From an uncultured Gammaproteobacteria bacterium (GTDB lineage Bacteria; Patescibacteriota; Patescibacteriia; UBA2591; UBA6264), in the NCBI GenBank assembly GCA_964617525.1, contig CAZTWG010000034.1, positions 1 through 6,915 of the forward strand: a stretch of DNA of 6,915 nt. Reading direction: 5' to 3'. The notes under the pieces were generated by a model. It made no database searches and was not told where the DNA came from. It saw nothing but the letters and a program-made list of their open reading frames with translations. A program made the position numbers and the translations under genes. Positions 1-6,805 of the stretch are shown here, one piece after another (within the stretch, counting starts at the first letter, position 1; the number at the start of each line of letters is the position of its first letter).

Positions 1-2
1 AA

Positions 3-344
3 TTAAAGGAAACAGCTTAACTTCTTAAAGAAACATTTTTAGTAATTAATGGAGGCATTACAGTTAATGGAAAACCACTCAAAGATCACATTGAAGCAAA
101 AAATCATTATGAAGCCCTGGAATATTTATTTGTTCTGGGAAAAATTCATCCTTTCATTTAAGACAACGGCAGAACAGCACGATTTCTAATGAATTATATT
201 TTACTCTGTTCAGGGTATAAGTAGACAACAATTCGCAACGACCATCGCGATAAATATTTTGAAACGCTGGAGCAGGCACAAACCAAAGGAGAAATTATCC
301 CTTTCGCAAAATTCATTATAGACCTCATAGAACGAAACAAATAA
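3..344 (+). pseudogene. Fic/DOC-family gene remnant; 5' end lies outside the window; three in-frame stops and a probable in-frame internal deletion
   Basis: Frame 3 reads LKETA*LLKETFLVINGGITVNGKPLKDHIEAKNHYEALEYLFVLGKIHPFI*DNGRTARFLMNYILLCSGYK*TTIRNDHRDKYFETLEQAQTKGEIIPFAKFIIDLIERNK*. HPFI*DNGRTAR fits the Fic signature HxFx(D/E)GNGRxxR, but the acidic position is TAA (159-161) and the first Gly is Asp (GAC 162-164). Other in-frame stops are TAA 18-20 and TAG 222-224. The terminal stop is TAA 342-344. Confidence 0.75.
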
Positions 345-365
345 AATAATAATAAAACAAATAAT

Positions 366-396
366 ACGGACCATAGTGGGTCCCTATTTTATTTTA
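366..396. terminator. Candidate bidirectional intrinsic terminator between the convergent Fic remnant and the DegT gene
   Basis: GGACC (368-372) pairs with GGTCC (379-383) around a 6-nt loop (atagtg). On the plus strand it is followed by ctattttatttt. On the minus strand it is followed by gtattatttgttttatt. It is the only GC-rich inverted repeat in the 75-nt gap between two convergent stops (344 and 420). The stem is only 5 bp, so support is moderate. Confidence 0.5.
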
Positions 397-419
397 CAAA
401 ACCAAAAAAATACAAAATT

Positions 420-1574
420 CTATTTACTTAAAAACAACTTTAATTTTGAGAGATATTCATCTATAGACTTTATGCTACCCCTATAAAAGACTGGGAAAGA
501 ATATAAATTCAAATAAAATTTTTCCGTATTAGGTAAAGCACCTTTGCCAATAAATTTGGCTTTAGAAAAAAGAGGTTCTAAGTGCAAAAGAGGTAAGTAT
601 TCTTTAGAGATATTAAAATTTTTTGACAAATACTTCAATTGCTTTTCCGTAAATTTGCAATCTAAAAAAATCCTTAGACCGTACATACCCCCAGGAATAT
701 ATCCCGTAGGATTATTCCCACAAACACGCAAGTGTGGAAAATTAGCAAGCTTTTTTTTAATATAACCCATTAACTTATTTTGAGACAATTGTTTATCTTT
801 TATTCTTTGGAGTTGAGAAAATGCAAATGCAGAAGCTAGTGGATGAATTCTAAATTTATAACCACCACCAGTGTTAATAAATTTTCTAATATTATCCCCC
901 GAAGGGACACACTTTCTTATTCTTTCATAATGGCCCAAGAACAAAGACCTTAAAAACAATTTTCTATTATTAGTAACCAATAAACCTCCTTCTCCTGCTG
1001 TTAAAAACTTATTTTTTTGCATACTGAAAACACCTATATCGCCAAAAGTTCCTAAAAACTTATTTTTATATCTTCCTCCAAAAACGTGAGAGGCATCCTC
1101 AATAATAAAAATTTTTTCAGAAGAACATTTTTTTAACACTTTTTTAAGTTCCAGAACATTGCACATATTACCCCATAAATGAGGGACAATAATCGCTCTT
1201 GTCTTTTTACTTATTTTTTTCTTAATATCTAAAAAGTCTATAGTCAAGTCTTTATTAACTTCACAAAAAATTAGCTTAAAACCCAAATTCACAATAGGAG
1301 CTGCTGACGACCACCAGGTATACGAAGGGCAAATAATTTCATCGTTTTTCTTTAAGGGTAAAGAACTTATCGCAGAATATAAAGCTGAAGTGCCGTTACA
1401 ATGTGCCAAAACATACTTACAACCCAAAAAATTAGCAACAGCATTTTCTAATTTTTTAGTATATCCATTAGGCCATGAGATATCTTCGTTTTTGATGGCA
1501 TCAACAACGCAATTAATATCATTTTTAGATATTTCTAGATTATTTGTTAAATTCTTAAATTTCTCAAAACTCAT
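420..1574 (-). CDS. PLP-dependent aminotransferase, DegT/DnrJ/EryC1/StrS family (sugar or cyclitol keto-group aminotransferase)
   Basis: 384 aa, a typical length for the family. Family hallmarks recognised: CNGTSALYSAI (the xSGTxALxxAL region), IIEDASHVFG (the EDAAHAxG region with the PLP-ring Asp), and GVFSMQKNKFLTAGEGG (the SFxxxKxxxxGEGG region with the Schiff-base Lys, probably K189). Stop is TAG. Start is 8 nt after the upstream stop. Confidence 0.9.
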   Translation of the reverse strand: MSFEKFKNLTNNLEISKNDINCVVDAIKNEDISWPNGYTKKLENAVANFLGCKYVLAHCNGTSALYSAISSLPLKKNDEIICPSYTWWSSAAPIVNLGFKLIFCEVNKDLTIDFLDIKKKISKKTRAIIVPHLWGNMCNVLELKKVLKKCSSEKIFIIEDASHVFGGRYKNKFLGTFGDIGVFSMQKNKFLTAGEGGLLVTNNRKLFLRSLFLGHYERIRKCVPSGDNIRKFINTGGGYKFRIHPLASAFAFSQLQRIKDKQLSQNKLMGYIKKKLANFPHLRVCGNNPTGYIPGGMYGLRIFLDCKFTEKQLKYLSKNFNISKEYLPLLHLEPLFSKAKFIGKGALPNTEKFYLNLYSFPVFYRGSIKSIDEYLSKLKLFLSK

Positions 1575-1582
1575 ATATAAGT

Positions 1583-2554
1583 TTAACCATCAATTACTAA
1601 TGAATTTCCCTTACAGCTACCATAATCTAATACTGAGCTATAATTATGTTTTTTAACCCAATCAAAAGTCTGCAAAATTTCAGATTCCGTAGGATTAACC
1701 CTATTTTTCCACCCAAAACAGACAAAAGCATCTTCTTGCATTCGAGCTGCAATAAAATGTTTTTTAAAACCCATTGCAATTTCTCTCTCAGATTGAGGTC
1801 TGTATTTTTCCATAACAAATTTTAAATCTTTCGTTCTCACCACATAACCATGGTTAGTATATGTGTTCCAATAATCTTTTATATATCTTTGCCAACCATT
1901 TTTTGTTTTTCTTATATTCCCTGGCCTGTCTCCTATACATAAATTAATAAAATTATATTTTTTGGCTGGAATAAAATTATTAGGTATAGCATCCCCAACA
2001 TCCACCCAAACACAATCTGATTTTGCTTTCTCTAATATATAAAACTTTTGTCCATTTTTTAATCTTTCTATTGACTCAACTCGACAATGATTTTGAGGAG
2101 CTCCCGGCCTTTCCTTGCAACATAAAGGAGTAAATCTTCTAAGATGAATAATAGATAAATCTTCTCTCTCGTCCAATACTTCAACAGCCTTTTTTAAAAA
2201 ATTATTTTTATTAAAAAAATAAGAATCATTTTCTATAAACCACAAATAGGGAGTTTTAACCAATTGAGATATTCTATAAATATTAGAACAATTATTCTGA
2301 GTGGTAGGCATCCATCCATTACCCTTGTGTAATCTTTTAAAATCCATTTTTTCTCCAATGGGAAAATTATGCAAAAAAATTCTTGAACCATCAGACGATT
2401 CATTATCAATTAGCAAAAACTTAATTTTGCTAAAAGATAAAACTGTATCCATTAAACTTTCTAATGTTACTTGCAATCTCCCCTTTCCCTTTATTTTGTT
2501 TCTAAATCCATTGTAATTTATGAGAACTGCTGTAACTTTTTCACAATAATCCAT
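1583..2554 (-). CDS. Divergent GT-A fold (GT2-like) glycosyltransferase-like protein; C-terminal ~200 aa unassigned
   Basis: 323 aa. The N-terminus VTAVLINYNG...LESLMDTV...IKFLLIDNESSDGS resembles the GT2 opening (IPxYN ... CLxSL ... IIVVDNxSxDGS). WFIENDSYF sits where GT2 enzymes carry the DxD motif, here as E-N-D. I recognise nothing beyond about residue 125. Coding status is supported by tight operon packing, with 8-nt gaps on both sides. Confidence 0.6.
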   Translation of the reverse strand: MDYCEKVTAVLINYNGFRNKIKGKGRLQVTLESLMDTVLSFSKIKFLLIDNESSDGSRIFLHNFPIGEKMDFKRLHKGNGWMPTTQNNCSNIYRISQLVKTPYLWFIENDSYFFNKNNFLKKAVEVLDEREDLSIIHLRRFTPLCCKERPGAPQNHCRVESIERLKNGQKFYILEKAKSDCVWVDVGDAIPNNFIPAKKYNFINLCIGDRPGNIRKTKNGWQRYIKDYWNTYTNHGYVVRTKDLKFVMEKYRPQSEREIAMGFKKHFIAARMQEDAFVCFGWKNRVNPTESEILQTFDWVKKHNYSSVLDYGSCKGNSLVIDG

Positions 2555-2562
2555 TATTTTAT

Positions 2563-3945
2563 TTATATTAAGACTAAATCACCCTTTTCAAAATGTTCAA
2601 CAATAATATTCCTATTATTATCATCTTCTTTAATTATCTTTTTTGTTTTTATTAGATTGATAAAATCTTTGTCCTTATCATAGCTATAGTTATAGTCATT
2701 ATAAAAACCAAATTTCTCTGAGAGGTAACACCATGGAGCTATCTTATAGCCCTTGCTATTTTGAGAAATATTTATTTGTTTAAGTTCCTCGCTTTTTGAA
2801 CAACCAGTAATAACATCCTCATACCTATCTAACATCTTACTAAATGCGAAATGTTTAATGATGTATTCTTTCCCTTTCTTAACTAAGTCTTCATTATTGG
2901 AGTTTAAATATTTGAAAGCCATATTAGCGCATTCTTTAATGTCTCCAAAATCAACTTTTCTTTCAATATTTTCTGGTAGAACATATCTATGTGTAGCTAC
3001 TCTAGCGGATATAGATGGGGTACCACATGCAATAGACTCTAAAGAAACATTTGGGAAGCATTCCACAAAATTTCCTATACTTAAACTTAAATCACCCAAA
3101 GAATAATATTCGGGTAGATCATTATATCCAACCCATTCATGAAAAATTATATTGTTGGAAATATTTAATTTATGTGCTTCATCTCTAATATTTTTATAAA
3201 CTTTTTCTAGACTATTAGAAATTTTTAAATCTATATATCGAGGAATAAGTAATTTTACATTTTGAAGCCCCTTCTCGTTTACTAAAATATCTAAAACTTT
3301 TAGCACCTCAAAAATCCCCTTTGACACCTCTGGCCTATGAGGATAAATTATAACTAAGTCATCTTTTGACAAACCAATTCTTTTTCTAAGGCTATCCGAA
3401 TTTTTACGTTTAAAATGGTTAACATTTATCCCATTGTTAATCAAAAAAATCTTTTGTTCCGGATTTTTACGATAAGTTTTAATTAAAGAAAGGTAAGAAA
3501 GATATGTATATTCTGAATTTATAATCATTACATCTCTGGAAAAATTTAATCCACCAAGAATACTTTCTGGATATATAAAATCTCTTAATGAATACACCGT
3601 TGGAATATCTTTTGTTAAAAAAGCAAAATCAAGCCCAGAATCATGCACATAAAAAACATCATGCTTTCTAATTTCATTACTTAAAACTGAAATCACATTG
3701 GAAAGATTATAAGGAGGAGTTCTATATGGTTCAGGAAAGGTCTCCTTAAACCTAAGCGTTGGATGAACATATACATTTTTAGCAAGAGAGAAAGTTTCAT
3801 TATTATCTTTTCTTTTTGTACAAAGCACATCAACAACATGACCCTTATGCCCTAAATGTATTGCGATTTCTCTAAGAATTTTTTGAGAGCCACCGTGAAC
3901 AGAATCTTTAAATATTGGACCTAAAGAAAAAATCAAAATTTTCAT
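2563..3945 (-). CDS. GT-B fold glycosyltransferase, GT4 / glycosyl transferases group 1, with ~80-aa C-terminal extension
   Basis: 460 aa. The N-terminus MKILIFSLGPIFKDSVHGGSQKILREIAIHLGHKGHVVDVLC is the classic GT4 opening. ECFPNVSLE is an E-x7-E motif and is followed by SIACGTPSI (compare EGFGxxxLEAMAxGxPVI). The ATG (3943-3945) overlaps the upstream TGA (3942-3944) as ATGA. Confidence 0.88.
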   Translation of the reverse strand: MKILIFSLGPIFKDSVHGGSQKILREIAIHLGHKGHVVDVLCTKRKDNNETFSLAKNVYVHPTLRFKETFPEPYRTPPYNLSNVISVLSNEIRKHDVFYVHDSGLDFAFLTKDIPTVYSLRDFIYPESILGGLNFSRDVMIINSEYTYLSYLSLIKTYRKNPEQKIFLINNGINVNHFKRKNSDSLRKRIGLSKDDLVIIYPHRPEVSKGIFEVLKVLDILVNEKGLQNVKLLIPRYIDLKISNSLEKVYKNIRDEAHKLNISNNIIFHEWVGYNDLPEYYSLGDLSLSIGNFVECFPNVSLESIACGTPSISARVATHRYVLPENIERKVDFGDIKECANMAFKYLNSNNEDLVKKGKEYIIKHFAFSKMLDRYEDVITGCSKSEELKQINISQNSKGYKIAPWCYLSEKFGFYNDYNYSYDKDKDFINLIKTKKIIKEDDNNRNIIVEHFEKGDLVLI

Positions 3946-4961
3946 ACAATTACTCTTTTTTTAGTCTTTGAAGATTTAATTATAGCTAATATTATTTTTA
4001 ATGTTTCTTTCCCATCTTCTCCACTAACGCTAACAACTTTGTTAAATTTTATCGATTCAATAAAATTTTTTATTTGAAAAATATGACCATACCCAAAATA
4101 TTTTTTACCCCAAGTTTCCTTGTCCATCTTTTTTATCTTATTATTAATCTTTACTATCTCCGCATCTGTCTTTCCTCCCCAAAAAATGATGCGACCATCA
4201 TGCATTTTAATTGAATTTATAGACCCAATAATTTCAATCGTACTCCCAAAAAACGGATTGCTTGACGTAGAGCAATCAAACACACCAAAAGAATTATTAT
4301 TATAAAAAACATTAACAATAGCATTATCCTCAACTGTAATATACTTTCTGTCAGTTTTAATGTTCCCTATAACTGACTTTACGCCACCATTAAACCATTG
4401 CGCCAAGTCTATAAAATGTATCGCTTGGTTAATCAACACACCTGCGCCAGCTTTAATCTTATCTCCCTGCCAATTAAGATAATAATCCTTTGTTTTTTTC
4501 CACTTAACATTAACGCTTGTAGAAATTAAACTTCCTAATTTTCCATCTTCAATCTCCTTTTTGATAACAACATTAATTGGTTCAAAACGATGTTGAAAAA
4601 TAGTTCCAAATAAAATATTATTTTTATGGGAACATTTAATCATTTTCTCTGCATCAGCAATTTTAGTAGCAATCGGCTTCTCGCACAAAACATTGACATT
4701 GTTATTCATACAAAACATAGATACCGGAAAATGCAAATAATGAGGCAAACAAATGCTTATTCCATCAAGATTTTCCTTTTTAATCATTGTTTTAAAATCT
4801 CTATAAACACTAACCGCATACATGCTTTTAGCAAGAGACCTTTCCTTAGGACTAATATCACAAACAGAAACGAAATCAACATTTTTAATACCATCCAAAA
4901 CTTTACTATGCACCTTCCCAGCATTACCAAATCCAATTACACCATATCTTATTTTTCTCAT
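3942..4961 (-). CDS. Gfo/Idh/MocA-family NAD(P)-dependent oxidoreductase (sugar or inositol dehydrogenase type)
   Basis: 339 aa. IRYGVIGFGNAGKVH is the N-terminal Rossmann GxGxxG. LCEKPIA is the family EKP motif. GAGVLINQAIHFIDLAQWFNG matches the GGGxLxDxGxHxxDLxxWxxG region of the C-terminal domain. ATGA overlaps occur at both ends (4958-4961 and 3942-3945). Confidence 0.9.
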   Translation of the reverse strand: MRKIRYGVIGFGNAGKVHSKVLDGIKNVDFVSVCDISPKERSLAKSMYAVSVYRDFKTMIKKENLDGISICLPHYLHFPVSMFCMNNNVNVLCEKPIATKIADAEKMIKCSHKNNILFGTIFQHRFEPINVVIKKEIEDGKLGSLISTSVNVKWKKTKDYYLNWQGDKIKAGAGVLINQAIHFIDLAQWFNGGVKSVIGNIKTDRKYITVEDNAIVNVFYNNNSFGVFDCSTSSNPFFGSTIEIIGSINSIKMHDGRIIFWGGKTDAEIVKINNKIKKMDKETWGKKYFGYGHIFQIKNFIESIKFNKVVSVSGEDGKETLKIILAIIKSSKTKKRVIV

Positions 4962-5884
4962 ATAAATAAATTATGAAGATATTTAACTTGTTTTTCTAAA
5001 ACAAAAGCATTCGGGCTACCGAACGCTTTCTCGTAATAGTTGGTTTTTCTGGAAAAACCAAAGATAGAGCTAAACTCTAGAAAATAAAATTTATCGTTAG
5101 TAACAATTATATCAAAAGCACACCAATGTAAATTTAACTTCTTGTTTACAGAAACAGCTTCATTTAAAATATTTTCAGGGACTGGGTTTGTGTATATTTT
5201 GCCACCATTAGATACATTCTTAATCCAACTATTTTCATTTTTCCTCCAAAAACTTAATTCAACCTTGTCTCCAATAACAATAATTCTTAAATCTTTTTGT
5301 ACTGGCAAAAACTCTTGCAGATAAACATAACCTTTCTGCCTAACCCATGGAAAATAAGTAGGTAGACCTTCTTCGCTAAAAATTTGTTCAATATGTTTAG
5401 TAAGGCTTGCGGGGTCATCATATTTACGAACATTATCTCCGCATGCTCCGTCAGAAGATTTAGAAATAATTGGATACTTTGAATTTTTAATAAATTTTTC
5501 TATTTCTGCTTTGTCTCGAGAATAAAAAGTTTTTGGATGAGGAATCTTGAATTTATCCATAAGAAATAACTGTACAATTTTATTGTCATAAGGATAATAC
5601 ATATTCCAATTCGGGAATATTCTTTTATTTAATATCTTGTCTATAAAATATATCTTACCCTTAGCATCATCCCTAAGGTCTGGTCGATGACATGCCCTCC
5701 AAAGAAAAATATCAAAATCTTTTTGAAGAATTTGATCCATCCAATTACTTTTTTCGAAATCCAAAAAATCGACTTTATCCCCAAGAGCTAAAAAATGTTT
5801 AGCATATTCATCGTGCCAATTATATCTATCATATTTTTCAGAGTCATCTTTTATTAACCCCACCGATAATTCTTTTTTACCCAT
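4958..5884 (-). CDS. ATP-grasp fold ligase (RimK/GshB-like), first gene of the operon
   Basis: 308 aa. YPIISKSSDGACGDNV matches the ATP-binding PxVxKPxxGxxGxGV strand and loop. VYLQEFLPVQKDLRIIVIGDKV matches the QEYI...DxRxxVVG segment. NVSNGGK is also present. AFDIIVTNDKFYFLEFSSIFG aligns without gaps to the RimK segment [21 protein letters not shown]. Confidence 0.8.
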   Translation of the reverse strand: MGKKELSVGLIKDDSEKYDRYNWHDEYAKHFLALGDKVDFLDFEKSNWMDQILQKDFDIFLWRACHRPDLRDDAKGKIYFIDKILNKRIFPNWNMYYPYDNKIVQLFLMDKFKIPHPKTFYSRDKAEIEKFIKNSKYPIISKSSDGACGDNVRKYDDPASLTKHIEQIFSEEGLPTYFPWVRQKGYVYLQEFLPVQKDLRIIVIGDKVELSFWRKNENSWIKNVSNGGKIYTNPVPENILNEAVSVNKKLNLHWCAFDIIVTNDKFYFLEFSSIFGFSRKTNYYEKAFGSPNAFVLEKQVKYLHNLFI

Positions 5885-5931
5885 AAACCCATAACTATAT
5901 ATTTAGAAAAAGAACTAACTATTTATTTGAA

Positions 5932-5959
5932 ATAATACCAAATTTAACCACTTTGTCAA
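5932..5959 (-). promoter_or_regulatory. Sigma70-type promoter for the five-gene operon
   Basis: The minus strand reads cTTGACAaagtggttaaatttggTATTATt. The -35 is a perfect TTGACA (5954-5959), the spacer is 16 nt, and the -10 is TATTAT (5932-5937), preceded by TGg (extended -10). It lies about 48 nt upstream of the ATP-grasp ATG (5882-5884). Confidence 0.55.
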
Positions 5960-6019
5960 GAATCAAATTGCATAGAAAGTCTAATATAAAACATTTTTTA
6001 GATAATTCTAAAATAAATA

Positions 6020-6640
6020 TTATTTCTCAGCTTCATGTATTTTTTTCTGTAAAGAATATATTTTCTCTAGTCCAATATTATTATTTAAAACAGCGTTTAT
6101 CACCAAATTAGATTCCTTAAAATAAATATCTTTTTTCTTCTTCTTTGACAAAGAGTCTGCAAAAAAAAGAGTCATTATATCTTTTTTGTCCAAACCCGTC
6201 TGGTTTAATTTATCTAAAAATTTATTATACAATTCAACAAATTGATTATAATTTAATGCTTTTCTCATTTTTATTATATTATTTATTGGCAAACAGTGTG
6301 CACCAACTAATCTAGCAATCTTTTTTTGATCTAATCCGTATTTTTCAAATAACAAAACATCCATTTTTTCAACCATTTCCTCGCCAATTTCTCCATGATT
6401 TTTTTTAATAGCCTTTCCTTGTTTTTTTAACTTATATATAACAGGCTTACCTATATCATGCAGATAACCAGCAACTATCATGTTTATGTCAGGACAAGGT
6501 TTCATCTTTTTTAAACAATCAGCGCAATTAAGCGAATGATTATATACATCAAAATCATGAAACTCGTTTTGCAACACTCCTTTTCCTGCCTGAACTTCTG
6601 GTAATTGGATTAATATACTCTCTAATTTTTTATTTATCAT
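6020..6640 (-). CDS. HD-domain metal-dependent phosphohydrolase, HDIG subtype
   Basis: 206 aa. There is a His at VYNHSLNCADC followed by AGYLHDIGKP, which gives the H...HD metal-binding pattern together with the literal HDIGK signature of the HDIG subfamily. Stop is TAA 6020-6022. Confidence 0.85.
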   Translation of the reverse strand: MINKKLESILIQLPEVQAGKGVLQNEFHDFDVYNHSLNCADCLKKMKPCPDINMIVAGYLHDIGKPVIYKLKKQGKAIKKNHGEIGEEMVEKMDVLLFEKYGLDQKKIARLVGAHCLPINNIIKMRKALNYNQFVELYNKFLDKLNQTGLDKKDIMTLFFADSLSKKKKKDIYFKESNLVINAVLNNNIGLEKIYSLQKKIHEAEK

Positions 6641-6688
6641 ATAACTTTTTTTAAAAATAAATACTTAGATTATAGTAACTAAAATATA

Positions 6689-6717
6689 ATTATACCATAC
6701 CCTCAGATTAATTTCAA
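6689..6717 (-). promoter_or_regulatory. Sigma70-type promoter for the HD/HDIG gene
   Basis: The minus strand reads ttTTGAAAttaatctgagggtatggTATAATtat. The -35 is TTGAAA (6712-6717), the spacer is 17 nt, and the -10 is a perfect TATAAT (6689-6694), preceded by TGg (extended -10). It lies about 49 nt upstream of the ATG at 6638-6640. Confidence 0.55.
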
Positions 6718-6771
6718 AAAGTTAATATAAAAAAATTAAAGGATTCTACTCCTAAGACTTTTTGATACCTA

Positions 6772-6799
6772 TTGACACCTTAAACAAGGGTTGTAAAAT
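6772..6799 (+). promoter_or_regulatory. Sigma70-type promoter for the HTH gene, divergent from the HD promoter
   Basis: TTGACA (6772-6777), a 16-nt spacer, then TAAAAT (6794-6799). The A of the ATG at 6806 is the 7th nt after the -10 hexamer, so the transcript would have little or no leader. Confidence 0.45.
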
Positions 6800-6805
6800 T
6801 AAGGT

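Noticed and set aside
1-10. A 10-nt exact match (aattaaagga at 1-10 and 6734-6743) as possible att-like direct repeats bounding a mobile island, together with the Fic remnant and the excisionase-like HTH at the two flanks.
   Set aside because: A 10-mer of this composition is expected to recur by chance in about 7 kb of AT-rich DNA, and position 1 is an arbitrary window edge. No integrase, transposase or tRNA is present. The operon itself shows no compositional departure. Only the Fic remnant is G+C-richer.
18-224. In-frame TAA/TAG codons in the Fic-like frame as evidence for stop-codon reassignment or programmed readthrough.
   Set aside because: TAA and TAG terminate the DegT, GT-A-like, GT4 and HD genes at family-typical lengths. 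TGA terminates the ATP-grasp and Gfo/Idh/MocA genes exactly at ATGA junctions. The standard code therefore applies, and a pseudogene is the simpler reading.
751-758. Homopolymer tracts inside coding regions (T8 at 751-758 in DegT, A8 at 6161-6168 in HD, T7 near 3956-3962) as slipped-strand phase-variation switches for a surface-glycan locus.
   Set aside because: Runs of 7-8 A or T are expected by chance at this base composition and they encode ordinary Lys or Phe runs. Known phase-variable glycan genes usually rely on longer or G/C tracts. Nothing here supports length variability.
544-5324. Nine antisense or nested ORFs from the supplied track (544-765+, 1390-1656+, 1627-1818-, 2301-2516+, 2471-2683+, 2858-3106+, 4120-4305+, 4626-4976+, 5142-5324+).
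   Set aside because: All lie fully inside or across strongly supported family-recognisable genes. Their translations are low-complexity (Ile/Leu/Phe/Ser/Lys-rich) with no recognisable motif. Such shadow ORFs are expected opposite genes in AT-rich DNA.
5999-6010. The small inverted repeat taga-taat-tcta just downstream of the HD stop as an intrinsic terminator.
   Set aside because: It is a 4-bp, almost entirely A/T stem, too weak to score as a terminator, and it is not followed by a clean U-tract on the minus strand.
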